From Parabacteroides sp. (GTDB lineage Bacteria; Bacteroidota; Bacteroidia; Bacteroidales; Tannerellaceae): a DNA stretch of 63,279 nt. This document shows positions 1 to 9,797 of the stretch, piece after piece (within the stretch, counting starts at the first letter, position 1; every line of letters starts with the position of its first letter). A program made the position numbers and the translations under genes. The stretch is taken from assembly GCA_020860905.1 (NCBI GenBank), contig JAJBTJ010000071.1, forward strand, positions 1 through 63,279. The letters are read 5' to 3'. Below the pieces are notes generated by a model. That model did no database searches, was not told the DNA's origin, and worked only from the letters and a program-made list of their open reading frames with translations.

Positions 1-379
1 GCAAGCGGCCGGAATGATACCGGAACTGTCCGGTTATTTCCAGCCCACTCCCCCGCCCCCTCCCGGTAACGTACAAGTTACACCGCCTCCTGTACAACCG
101 GGAACATCCGGCAGCAGCGCGCAGCAACCGGTGGAAAAGCCCGACAGTTTTCTGGTTTGGTCTATCCTCACCACCGTATTGTGTTGCCTGCCTTTGGGTA
201 TCGTAGCCATCGTTTACTCCACGAAGGTCGATCCGCTGTGGGATAAAGGCCAGTATACCGAAGCGGCCGAAGCGGCTAAGAATGCGAAAACGTTTTGTAT
301 CCTTTCGCTCGTTTTCGGGATTCTCGGAATTCTCGGAGCTTTCCTGATGGGAGCTTTGGGAGCTCTCGGTTCGATGTAA
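1..379 (+). CDS. CD225/dispanin (IFITM-like) membrane protein, probably 5'-partial
   Basis: Pro-rich linker, then KPDSFLVWSILTTVLCCLPLGIVAIVYS...A..AA..AK, the typical CD225 pattern. The frame is open to the window edge (…QAAGMIPEL resembles the end of a GYF_2/DUF4339 domain). Confidence 0.8.
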   Translation, partial: QAAGMIPELSGYFQPTPPPPPGNVQVTPPPVQPGTSGSSAQQPVEKPDSFLVWSILTTVLCCLPLGIVAIVYSTKVDPLWDKGQYTEAAEAAKNAKTFCILSLVFGILGILGAFLMGALGALGSM

Positions 380-382
380 GCC

Positions 383-754
383 TTGGTTAAGAAACTGGCT
401 ATTCTTGCGGTTCTCACCGGACTGTTTATCCTGTACGCGATAAATCCCGAACAGTTCGTTTTCGCGCCCAAATGCCCCTTTTACTGGCTTACAGGGTTGC
501 AATGCCCCGCTTGCGGTACGCAGCGGGCCATCCATCAACTGCTGCACCTGCATGTAAAAGAGGCATTGGGGTATAACTTGTTTTTGCTTGTTTCGATGCC
601 CTACCTCGCAGCGCTGGCATGGACGGAATGGTTCGACCGCAGCGGCCGCTTCACCCGGTTGAAAGGCTGGTGCCGCCATCCGTACGTTACCCGCACGTAC
701 CTGGTGTTGCTGGTTGTGTGGTGGGTGGGGCGCAATGCGGTACGGTATTTCTGA
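383..754 (+). CDS. DUF2752 family membrane protein
   Basis: CPFYWLTGLQCPACGTQRA motif plus hydrophobic segments; the family is commonly adjacent to CD225 genes. Confidence 0.85.
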   Translation: MVKKLAILAVLTGLFILYAINPEQFVFAPKCPFYWLTGLQCPACGTQRAIHQLLHLHVKEALGYNLFLLVSMPYLAALAWTEWFDRSGRFTRLKGWCRHPYVTRTYLVLLVVWWVGRNAVRYF

Positions 755-841
755 ACCGTTCCCTCCACCCCGCACGCCGGCCCGGAGCGCTTCCCCCGCC
801 GGCTCTTACCCGACGTTACGCTATCTTTCGTTTTTATTCCG

Positions 842-849
842 TATCTTTG
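842..849 (+). promoter_or_regulatory. Bacteroidetes -7 promoter element (TATCTTTG) for ychF
   Basis: Matches TAnnTTTG ~70 nt upstream of the ychF ATG. Confidence 0.6.
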
Positions 850-919
850 CCGCAAAATGCGAGAAACCGCCCGCCCGGAACACCCCGGGAGCGGCCGGAA
901 AATAAAAACAATACTATCC

Positions 920-2023
920 ATGAGTTTACAATGTGGCATCGTAGGGTTGCCGAACATAGGCAAATCTACCCTATTCAATTGTTTGTCGAATGCAAAAGCC
1001 CAGTCGGCCAACTTTCCTTTCTGTACCATCGAACCCAACGTAGGAGTGATTACCGTACCCGACGAGCGGCTGAACAAGCTGGCCGAGCTGGTGAACCCGC
1101 AGCGCATCGTTCCCACGACGGTGGAAATCGTCGATATCGCCGGCCTGGTAAAAGGTGCCAGCAAAGGCGAAGGATTGGGTAACAAATTCCTGGCCAACAT
1201 CCGCGAAACCGACGCTATCCTGCACGTACTACGCTGTTTCGACGACGATAATATCACCCACGTAGACGGCTCGGTGAACCCGGTGCGCGACAAAGAAATC
1301 ATCGACTTCGAATTGCAGTTGAAAGACCTCGAAACCATCGAAAGCCGGATTGCCAAAGTACAGAAACAAGCACAGACCGGAGGCGACAAGCAAGCCAAGC
1401 TGGCATTCGACGTACTTTCGAAGTACAAGGCAGCGCTGGAGCAGGGCAAATCGGCGCGTACGGTGAAATTCGATACGAAAGACGAACAGAAAATAGCGAA
1501 AGACCTGTTCCTGCTTACCGATAAGCCGGTGATGTACGTGTGCAACGTAGACGAAGCGAGTGCGGTAACGGGCAACCGGTATGTCGACGCCGTGCGCGAG
1601 GCTGTAAAAGACGAAGAGGCGGAAATCCTGGTGGTGGCGGCCAAAATCGAATCGGAAATCGCGGAATTGGAAACCTATGAGGAACGGCAATTGTTCCTGA
1701 ACGAAATCGGACTGGAAGAATCGGGCGTTTCACGGCTTATCCGCTCGGCTTACCGGCTGCTGAACCTGGAAACCTATTTCACTGCCGGGCCGCAGGAAGT
1801 GCGGGCGTGGACGTACCTGAAAGGAAGCAAAGCGCCGCAATGTGCAGGCGTTATCCATACGGATTTCGAAAAAGGCTTTATCCGCGCCGAAGTAATCAAA
1901 TACGCCGATTATATCGCTTTAGGCTCGGAAAGCGCCGTAAAAGAGGCCGGGAAAATGAATATCGAAGGGAAAGAATACATAGTGCAAGACGGGGATATTA
2001 TGCATTTCCGGTTCAATGTATAG
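920..2023 (+). CDS. ychF: Redox-regulated ribosome-binding ATPase YchF
   Basis: GIVGLPNIGKST, ANFPFCTIEPN, DIAGLVKGASKGEGLGNKFL, C-terminal DGDIMHFRFNV; start set at MSLQCGIVG (ATG 920). Confidence 0.97.
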   Translation: MSLQCGIVGLPNIGKSTLFNCLSNAKAQSANFPFCTIEPNVGVITVPDERLNKLAELVNPQRIVPTTVEIVDIAGLVKGASKGEGLGNKFLANIRETDAILHVLRCFDDDNITHVDGSVNPVRDKEIIDFELQLKDLETIESRIAKVQKQAQTGGDKQAKLAFDVLSKYKAALEQGKSARTVKFDTKDEQKIAKDLFLLTDKPVMYVCNVDEASAVTGNRYVDAVREAVKDEEAEILVVAAKIESEIAELETYEERQLFLNEIGLEESGVSRLIRSAYRLLNLETYFTAGPQEVRAWTYLKGSKAPQCAGVIHTDFEKGFIRAEVIKYADYIALGSESAVKEAGKMNIEGKEYIVQDGDIMHFRFNV

Positions 2024-2263
2024 CCCGGAAAGCAGAGAGCACCGAGGTGCGCAGGCCGGGAGATTACCGACAAAACAACCGACAGGCAAGCAAGAATAAC
2101 CGGGAAAACCGGCTGCATGAAAGCAGAGCATCCGGAAAGCCTGCCTGAGCGGGCGCGAATATCCGGAACCAACCGGGAAGCACAGCGACATCCACAGGAG
2201 TAAGTAAAAATGAAGCCTCCGTGTCGCTGTGCTTTTGTGTTTCCGCTCTCCGCTCCGAAGCCC

Positions 2264-4390
2264 TCAATCCGTCAACGGCCGGCACTCCGGATTGTCCTTT
2301 TCCGCCTCTTCCCTGTAAAATTCATACAAAGCCGTTTGCGAACGGAACGGCCCTTTGCCCGGCACGCTCCACGGCAAGTTACGCCCGGTTCCGTCGACCG
2401 TACGCCCTTGCTCCGTATCCCGCAAGCCGTAATCGACCACCCGTTTCAACTGCTCCTTTACAACCGGGTCGTATACCGGCGACAACACCTCGATGCGGGT
2501 ATCCAGGTTACGCGTCATCCAATCGGCCGAGCCGATAAAATACAATTCCTCCCCGCCATTGGCAAAAATAAAGATACGCAAGTGTTCCAGGTACCGGTCG
2601 ATAATCCCGTTGATACGGATACGGCCGTTTATCCCCTCCTGTTCCGTTACCAACGAGCAATTGCCCCGTACCAGGAAATCCATTTCCACTCCGGCGCCGG
2701 CTGCTTCGTACAACTGCGCAATCAACACCGGGTCGGTAATGTGGTTCACTTTCGCCCGGATATAAGCCGGTTTCCCCTCGCGAGCGTTCCGGATTTCCTG
2801 CCGGATAAGCGCCGCCAGCCGGTTACGCATATCGTTGGGCGAAACGAGCAGTTCCTTGAAGCGTACCGGCAGATACGGCTTTTCAATAAAGCCGAATACC
2901 GCATCTACTTCCTTTACCAGCGATTTACGGGCCGTCATCAACGTAACATCCGTATACCGGGCGGCATTCCCTTCGTGGAAATTGCCCGTGCTGATACAGG
3001 CTATATCCCCTTCCTTACTGCCGAGGTAAAGCAACTTGGAATGGATTTTAAGCCCTTCCACCCCGAAAATTACTTGAATGCCGGCATCCTGCATCTGTTT
3101 CGACCATGAGATATTCGACGCTTCGTCGAACCGGGCCAGCAGTTCGATTACCACCGTGACTTTTTTCCCGTTCCGGGCCGCCCCGATTAAGGTTTTTACC
3201 ACTTTCGAGTTACGGGCGAGCCGGTACAAGGTCATCTTGATGCTTTTTACGTCTTTGCTTACCGCCGCTTCGCGCAGCACGCGGAGGAACGACGAAAATC
3301 CGTGATAAGGATAATGCAGAAACAAGTCGTGTTGCCGGATATGGTCGAGGATGCTTTCCGCCGATGTAAACACCGGTTGCGTCACCGGCGGAAGAGGCGC
3401 ATATTTCAGGCCGGGACGCCCCACGTCGGGAAAGTTCATCAAATCTTTCATATTATGATACCGGCCGCCCGCCACCCGGGTATCCCAGCGGTCGATGTGC
3501 AGCATTTTCGTGATTCGTTTCAGTAAAGCCACGGGCATGGAAGCGTCGTATACCAACCGGATGGGCTCCCCTTTTTTCCGGCTTTTGATTCCTTTGGAGA
3601 TTTTCTGCATCACACCGTTGCGCAAGTCGGTATCGAGCTCCATTTCCGCATCTTTGGTAAACTTGAAAGCGTAGGCTTGGTACGAAGTATAGTCGGTACC
3701 GCGGAAAATAAACGGCAGGCAAAACCGGATTACATCGTCGAGAAACATCAACGATACCTTTCCTTCGCTGTCGGGCACGCGGATAAAACGGCCGTATTCG
3801 CGTACGGGAAGCTCTATCAGGGCGAAATCGGGCTGCATGTCTGCGGAACGCTTCGCACCGGGAGTTTCCAGGCTCACCGCCAGGTAAATCTCGTCGTCGG
3901 GCTGGTCGTTCAGTTGTTTGAAGGAAGAAACGAACAACGGAATAGCCGAGTTGCTCAAGGAAGCATTATACAAATGAAGCAGGTAATCGCGCTGGGCTTC
4001 CGACAGTTCGGTTTCGTTCAGCAGACGGATATTTTCTTTCTTCAACTCGTTCGTGATACCGGCGAAAGTTTCTTCGAATTCTTGCGAATAGCGCCCGTTC
4101 AGTTTGTTTATCCGCCTGAAAGCCCGGAGGGCGTTTTCGTGCTCCTTCCGGATGCCTTTGTCGGTATACTCGATAATCCGGTTCAGGGTAGCTACACGTA
4201 CCCGGAAAAACTCGTCGAGGTTATTCGAATAAATACCGAGAAAAACCAGTCGTTCCAGTAAAGGAACCGTTTCTTTCTGCGCTTCCTGCAAAATCCGGTG
4301 GTTGAAATACATCCAGCTCACATCCCGGTCGAGCAAACGCGGAGCGGACGTTTTCACCCTGTCTTTCCGGATTTCCCTTCTCTTGTTCAT
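2264..4390 (-). CDS. ppk1: Polyphosphate kinase 1
   Basis: RDVSWMYFNHR, SNNLDEFFRVRVA, ELLARFDE, KIHSK, GSADWMTRNLDTRIE motifs. Confidence 0.95.
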   Translation of the reverse strand: MNKRREIRKDRVKTSAPRLLDRDVSWMYFNHRILQEAQKETVPLLERLVFLGIYSNNLDEFFRVRVATLNRIIEYTDKGIRKEHENALRAFRRINKLNGRYSQEFEETFAGITNELKKENIRLLNETELSEAQRDYLLHLYNASLSNSAIPLFVSSFKQLNDQPDDEIYLAVSLETPGAKRSADMQPDFALIELPVREYGRFIRVPDSEGKVSLMFLDDVIRFCLPFIFRGTDYTSYQAYAFKFTKDAEMELDTDLRNGVMQKISKGIKSRKKGEPIRLVYDASMPVALLKRITKMLHIDRWDTRVAGGRYHNMKDLMNFPDVGRPGLKYAPLPPVTQPVFTSAESILDHIRQHDLFLHYPYHGFSSFLRVLREAAVSKDVKSIKMTLYRLARNSKVVKTLIGAARNGKKVTVVIELLARFDEASNISWSKQMQDAGIQVIFGVEGLKIHSKLLYLGSKEGDIACISTGNFHEGNAARYTDVTLMTARKSLVKEVDAVFGFIEKPYLPVRFKELLVSPNDMRNRLAALIRQEIRNAREGKPAYIRAKVNHITDPVLIAQLYEAAGAGVEMDFLVRGNCSLVTEQEGINGRIRINGIIDRYLEHLRIFIFANGGEELYFIGSADWMTRNLDTRIEVLSPVYDPVVKEQLKRVVDYGLRDTEQGRTVDGTGRNLPWSVPGKGPFRSQTALYEFYREEAEKDNPECRPLTD

Positions 4391-4527
4391 AGTTCGGTTT
4401 TTACATCTGTCTTAACGCCGGGAAGAAACCGGGGGGAGAAGCGGCCAGGCGGCCGCAGGACCCAGCCGGCCGGTACGAATCGCCGCAGGCGTTTTATCTC
4501 CTGTAACAAGAACAGGAGCGCAAGGGT

Positions 4528-5172
4528 TTAAACGGGTTGTCCGTGCCCGCCGGAAGCGCTGCTGGCCGCCAGTACGAGCAGTCCTTCCGGACCCATATTG
4601 AAAAGCAAGTCTGCTATGCTGAGGTTAGGCAGGAAGCCTGATTTTTCGCGGAACACCTGATAGTAGGGAACGGGCGAAAAAGCAGGGTCGTCGCCACTGT
4701 GTTTGGGATGGATAAGCTCACGGAAATCGTTTTCGGGAGAAAGGGCGTACGTATCGGTACGGCGAACGTCGGGCTGCATATCGAGAAGCGAGCATACGAC
4801 GCATCGCAGTTCTTCGTTAAAATCGATGAGGTAGGTATATTTTTTTTCATAGAAGGGAGCGAATTCGTCGGCGTAGTAGTCGAAAAAGGGGCTGGAACTG
4901 TAGGCCGATTTAAGCGCGTTCCAATGCAGGTGGCGCCAGTTGCCGTGGTCGGAAATGCGAATATCTTTCGTGAGGCACTTCGGCGTATCCGGCTTCACAA
5001 TCGGTACCGAGAGGCTTAACGGGCCGTCGGCGGCCGCAATAATACAGCGGTTCCGGTAGGTTTGCTTCAGGTAATTATCGCAGGTTTCCAGCATCACGTG
5101 CCGCGCCCGGTACAATTTGCAATAATATTGTACCGGAGCCAGGTAAGCGGTAGTAACATAAACGGTATGCAT
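4528..5172 (-). CDS. WbqC family protein
   Basis: YLKQTYRNRC, YSSSPFFDYY, YYQVF...FLPNLSIADLLFNMGPE; usual position downstream of Bacteroidetes lepB. Confidence 0.88.
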   Translation of the reverse strand: MHTVYVTTAYLAPVQYYCKLYRARHVMLETCDNYLKQTYRNRCIIAAADGPLSLSVPIVKPDTPKCLTKDIRISDHGNWRHLHWNALKSAYSSSPFFDYYADEFAPFYEKKYTYLIDFNEELRCVVCSLLDMQPDVRRTDTYALSPENDFRELIHPKHSGDDPAFSPVPYYQVFREKSGFLPNLSIADLLFNMGPEGLLVLAASSASGGHGQPV

Positions 5173-6065
5173 CAGCGTACTTTGTTAAAGACCCGGTTCC
5201 ACCGGTACCCGTGCAATCCGTCGGACGACGGTTCCTTACTCAACCAGATAAGCCAGGCATTTCCCACTATAGCCTCTTCGGGAACGAAACCGAGGTGACG
5301 CGAATCGACCGCATCGAGGGTATTATCGGATAGTAACCAGTAATAATCGCGATGGAAGAAAAAGAACGTGGTTTCGCGGCCATCGAGGAAAAGTTTCCCG
5401 TCGCGAATGGAGGCAGCCGGCCCCGCTTCCGACAGAATGATTTCCTTACAGGCCGTCAGGGCGACCGCATCCAACCGGTATGCGCGCCCTTTCCGGGGCA
5501 CTACCAGTTTATACTCTTCGGTAGGGGCCGCCCGGAAGCGGTCGTTTATAAAAGAAGAAACTTCGCCGCGAATCCGGTATTCCTCGAAAGGGGTGAGGCT
5601 AAGCATATACACGCTGTCGGTAGCTTCGGGTTCCCGCAGGGGAATATCCAACCGCCGGAGTTGCGACAGCATCACGTCGCGTACGGAGTTATCTATGGCA
5701 TAGCGTGCCAGGGCGTCGGGCGACTTAGGCGCTTCGCGCCCGTTTACCCACAACCGGCCCGACTTCATTTCCAACGTATCGCCCGGCATGCCGATACAGC
5801 GGCTCAGGAACAGGTTTCTCGCCGTACTGTCTTTCCGCAACGGACTGGTGAAAAGAACCACGCCGTTCCGCTTAGGCGTACGCAAACCGGGCATTTTGTT
5901 TACCAATACGAAATCGCCTTTCCATACTGCCGTTTCCATAGCCGGCGAAGCGATGTGGCACGGTTCGAGCAAAAAGAAGCGCACCGGCAACACAACGATA
6001 AGGACAAGAACGATAATCCTGCCCCATCCGAATAGTTTCCTCAGCCTGCTTTTCCGCTCTTTCAT
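5172..6065 (-). CDS. Signal peptidase I (S26) paralog, catalytic dyad apparently absent
   Basis: N-terminal [19 protein letters not shown] and DN..DAVDSRHLGFVPE boxes; box B Ser and box D Lys are replaced. Confidence 0.8.
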   Translation of the reverse strand: MKERKSRLRKLFGWGRIIVLVLIVVLPVRFFLLEPCHIASPAMETAVWKGDFVLVNKMPGLRTPKRNGVVLFTSPLRKDSTARNLFLSRCIGMPGDTLEMKSGRLWVNGREAPKSPDALARYAIDNSVRDVMLSQLRRLDIPLREPEATDSVYMLSLTPFEEYRIRGEVSSFINDRFRAAPTEEYKLVVPRKGRAYRLDAVALTACKEIILSEAGPAASIRDGKLFLDGRETTFFFFHRDYYWLLSDNTLDAVDSRHLGFVPEEAIVGNAWLIWLSKEPSSDGLHGYRWNRVFNKVR

Positions 6066-6078
6066 CCTTTTCTTCCGT

Positions 6079-7476
6079 TCAATCCGGGTGTACCGTCCGG
6101 AACATCCGGTTCCAGCGGATACCGCCGTCGAACAGGCTCCGGTCTTTATCCAGCGACAGCCAGATAAGAATCGGCTTGCCTACCACGTGGTCTTCCGGAA
6201 CGAATCCCCAGCTACGCGAGTCGGCCGAATTGTGCCGGTTGTCACCCATCATAAAATAATAATCGTATTTGAACGTATATGTAGTTTCCGGCTTGCCGTT
6301 GATGTACGCCGTACCGTTTTTTACTTCCAGCGTATTGTTTTCATAATTGCGGATACACCACCCGTACAACTCCAGGTTACGCTCGGTAAGCGGAATCGTA
6401 GCGCCCTTGGCGGGAATCCACAGGGGGCCGAAGTTATCGCGCGTCCAGCCGGTTTCGTAGCCGGCGGGATACGTAGTGCCTCCCAGCACGTCGGGCTCGA
6501 TGACTACCTGGGTGACGAAATTAAAATTTTTGATTTTCCCGAGTGCGTCTTTCGTTAACGGCAACCGGTAAATGGTACCGTAGTCGCCCGGCGATTTTTC
6601 CTTGAAACCCATATATGCGAAATACGGGGTGTAATAGCCGTTGTTCGAGGCGATTTCGCGGTCGGCTTTGCTCACTCCGAGCATCCGGAACTGCTCGTCG
6701 GTAAAGCGGGCGCCGTCGGTTTGTACGTAATAAACGAACTGGGCTTTTTCAGGCGTAGGAAGCGCTTTCCCGTCGATATATACGATGTTATCGATAATCT
6801 GCAACGTATCGCCCGGCATCCCGATACACCGCTTTACGTAGTTTTCGCGTTTATCTACCGGCCGGTAAATAATATCGCCGAAAGTTTGTTTGTCGAGCCA
6901 GAGGCGCTCGCGTCCCAACTGGGCCACCAAGGTATAGTAATCGGGATTCTGCACTTTCAGGGCTACCGTATCGCCTGCCGGAAAATTAAAAACCACGATG
7001 TCGTTGCGTTTTACCTTTCCGAGCCCCTTCACCCGCTTGTAGCCCCATTCTGGCCAGTCGAGGTACGATTTGCTATTCAGGAACGGAAGGGTGTTCTGTA
7101 CCAGCGGGAACGATAGCGGGGTATTGGGCACGCGGGGTCCGTAGCTCAACTTGCTTACGAACAGGTAATCGCCTACCAGCAACGATTTTTCGAGCGACGA
7201 GGACGGAATCTGGTAGTTCTGGAACACGAACAGATTGATAAAATACACGGCAATCAGGGCGAACAGAATGTCGTCTACCCATTCGAGTGCATTCCGCACC
7301 TGCGGATTTTTCGATTTTTTCCAGGCACCCCAGGGAATATACCGGGTAAGGAAAATATCGGCCAGCACCACAAGCCCCAACAAAAGCCACAGGTTCTGCA
7401 TCCAGATGCAGAACAGGATATATAAAACGGCTGCTATGCCGAACTTCACCCACTGCTTGATCGTTATTTTTTTCAT
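6079..7476 (-). CDS. lepB: Signal peptidase I
   Basis: [43 protein letters not shown]. Confidence 0.95.
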   Translation of the reverse strand: MKKITIKQWVKFGIAAVLYILFCIWMQNLWLLLGLVVLADIFLTRYIPWGAWKKSKNPQVRNALEWVDDILFALIAVYFINLFVFQNYQIPSSSLEKSLLVGDYLFVSKLSYGPRVPNTPLSFPLVQNTLPFLNSKSYLDWPEWGYKRVKGLGKVKRNDIVVFNFPAGDTVALKVQNPDYYTLVAQLGRERLWLDKQTFGDIIYRPVDKRENYVKRCIGMPGDTLQIIDNIVYIDGKALPTPEKAQFVYYVQTDGARFTDEQFRMLGVSKADREIASNNGYYTPYFAYMGFKEKSPGDYGTIYRLPLTKDALGKIKNFNFVTQVVIEPDVLGGTTYPAGYETGWTRDNFGPLWIPAKGATIPLTERNLELYGWCIRNYENNTLEVKNGTAYINGKPETTYTFKYDYYFMMGDNRHNSADSRSWGFVPEDHVVGKPILIWLSLDKDRSLFDGGIRWNRMFRTVHPD

Positions 7477-7489
7477 CGTACCGGCGGTT

Positions 7490-8206
7490 TTAAAAGTCTA
7501 ACATATCGTCCATCCCCAGGAAGCCCTTTTTGCCGCAGGTAAATTCGGCCGCCAGTACGGCGCCCAGAGCAAATCCCTTCCGGCTGGCGGCACTGTGCCG
7601 GATGCTTATCGAATCGGCTTCCGACTCGTACACGACTTCGTGGATACCGGGTACTTCGCCTTCGCGTACGGCCCGGATAGCCACATCGGCAGGCGTTTCT
7701 TCCTTTTCCAGCGTCCACCGGCTTTTCCGGTCGATATTTCCGAGGATTCCCTCGGCCAGCGTAATCGCCGTTCCGCTGGGTGCATCCAGTTTATGGATGT
7801 GGTGTACTTCTTCCATCCGTACGTTATATTCCGGGAAACGGTTCATCATCCTGGCCAGGTAACGGTTCAGGGCAAAGAAAATATTCACCCCGATACTGAA
7901 ATTGGAGGCATAGAAAAAGGTTTTTCCTTCTTTCTCGCACTTTTCCTTTATTTCGTCTATATGGTCGAGCCAGCCGGTAGTACCCGAAACAACCGGAACA
8001 CCGGCCTCGAAACACTTCATATAATTAGCGAAAGCCGTAGCCGGCGTAGTGAACTCGATGGCCACGTCCGCACTGCGGAACGCATCCGAACCGAAAGCTT
8101 CTGGATTCTGAATATCTATGACGGCAACGATTCGATGTCCTCTTTCCAATGCGATTTGCTCGATGGTTTTGCCCATCTTGCCGTAACCGATAAGCGCAAT
8201 TTTCAT
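7490..8206 (-). CDS. dapB: 4-hydroxy-tetrahydrodipicolinate reductase
   Basis: [27 protein letters not shown]. Confidence 0.96.
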   Translation of the reverse strand: MKIALIGYGKMGKTIEQIALERGHRIVAVIDIQNPEAFGSDAFRSADVAIEFTTPATAFANYMKCFEAGVPVVSGTTGWLDHIDEIKEKCEKEGKTFFYASNFSIGVNIFFALNRYLARMMNRFPEYNVRMEEVHHIHKLDAPSGTAITLAEGILGNIDRKSRWTLEKEETPADVAIRAVREGEVPGIHEVVYESEADSISIRHSAASRKGFALGAVLAAEFTCGKKGFLGMDDMLDF

Positions 8207-8291
8207 ATTTTCCGATATAAATTAGTCGTTTAGACCGCAAATATAGAGAAAATGAATTAGTTTTGCCACCCGAATCTTAACTATTGAACCG

Positions 8292-9560
8292 ATGGAACGT
8301 TTATTACATTATGTTTGGAAATATAAATTGTACGGCGCCCCGCACCTGACCGCCACGAACGGACAGCCGGTCCGGGTACTCGACCCCGGCATGGCGAATC
8401 CCAATCCGGGCCCCGCTTTCTTTAACGCCCGCATACAAATAGGCACCACGGTGTGGGCCGGAAACGTGGAACTGCACTTGAAAGCCTCCGATTGGATACG
8501 GAACGGCCACCATACCGACCCGGCTTACGACTCGATAATCCTGCACGTGATACTGGAGGCCGATACCGCCATACGCCGGATGAACGGGGAACTGATTCCG
8601 CAAACCGAGCTGACTATACCGGCGGAGATTACAGCCACCTATCAATTTTTGTTGCATGATAACGCTACGGTACCCTGCCTGCGCCGAATGAAGGGAATAG
8701 ACCGGCTGTACCTGATTTCGTGGATGGAAGCGTTGCTGTCGGAACGGCTGGAACGGAAAACTGCCGACATCCTTTCGCTGCTTACCCGGTATAAAGGCGA
8801 CTGGAACGAGGTGTTTTACATCGTGCTGACCCGCAACTTCGGGTTCGGCGCCAACAACGACGCATTCGAGCAACTCGCCCGCAGCTTGCCTCTGCGCTAC
8901 ATCCTGAAGCACCGGGACAGTATCCGCCAGACGGAAGCGTTGTTTTTCGGGCAAGCGGGCATGCTGGAAGAAAACAACCCGGACGATTATTACTTCGCCC
9001 TGCAACAGGAATACCGGTTCCTGCAACACAAATTCGGCTTGTTCGCGATGCCTGCAAGCCGTTACCGGAACGCTCCGGTACGCCCCGGCAACTTTCCGCA
9101 TATCAAGCTGGCCCAATTGGCCGCCCTTTGGAGCGGGCACGAGTCGCTTTTCTCGGCCGTGCTGCATACCTACGACCTGAAATCGCTGCAAAACCTGTTC
9201 CGTACCGAGCCGTCGGCTTACTGGGAAACGCATTACCACTTTCGTTATCCGTCGGTACGCAAAAGCAAGCTATTAGGTGAAAACGCCCTGAATATCCTGC
9301 TTATCAATACGGTAGCTCCTATCCTGTTTGCTTACGGCCTGCATACCGGCCTGCCCGAATACAACGAGCAAGCGATTGCTTTACTGGAGAAACTGCCGCC
9401 CGAGCGAAACAGCATCGTAACGTTGTTTCGAAGCGCCGGATTTCAAACCGACCATGCTGCCGACACGCAGGCGCTTATCCAACTGAAACATGCTTACTGC
9501 GAAAAAAAGAAATGCCTGGGCTGTAGAATAGGATTCAAACTATTACAGCAGAATAAATAA
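8292..9560 (+). CDS. DUF2851 family protein
   Basis: MERLLHYVWK, WAGNVELH..ASDW..HH.DPAYDSIILHV, C-terminal YCEKKKCLGC; divergent from dapB as in other Bacteroidales. Confidence 0.85.
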   Translation: MERLLHYVWKYKLYGAPHLTATNGQPVRVLDPGMANPNPGPAFFNARIQIGTTVWAGNVELHLKASDWIRNGHHTDPAYDSIILHVILEADTAIRRMNGELIPQTELTIPAEITATYQFLLHDNATVPCLRRMKGIDRLYLISWMEALLSERLERKTADILSLLTRYKGDWNEVFYIVLTRNFGFGANNDAFEQLARSLPLRYILKHRDSIRQTEALFFGQAGMLEENNPDDYYFALQQEYRFLQHKFGLFAMPASRYRNAPVRPGNFPHIKLAQLAALWSGHESLFSAVLHTYDLKSLQNLFRTEPSAYWETHYHFRYPSVRKSKLLGENALNILLINTVAPILFAYGLHTGLPEYNEQAIALLEKLPPERNSIVTLFRSAGFQTDHAADTQALIQLKHAYCEKKKCLGCRIGFKLLQQNK

Positions 9561-9797
9561 AACGCCTATCTTTGTGCTCCTTGCCGGGTATTTTTGCAAA
9601 TAGCAGATAGCCCGGCCCGGCCAGAAGAAAAGGCGGAAACAGGAACGGCCGGTATTCCGGCCCACGGGTACCGGTTGTACCGTATCTTCGTGTTTTCGTG
9701 CCGGTTTTCTTTATTATATACTTTTTAAACAGCCCCCGAAAACGAAACGGAAACGGAATCTGTTTAAAGAGACAGGCAGATTTTAACGGTAAACAGG

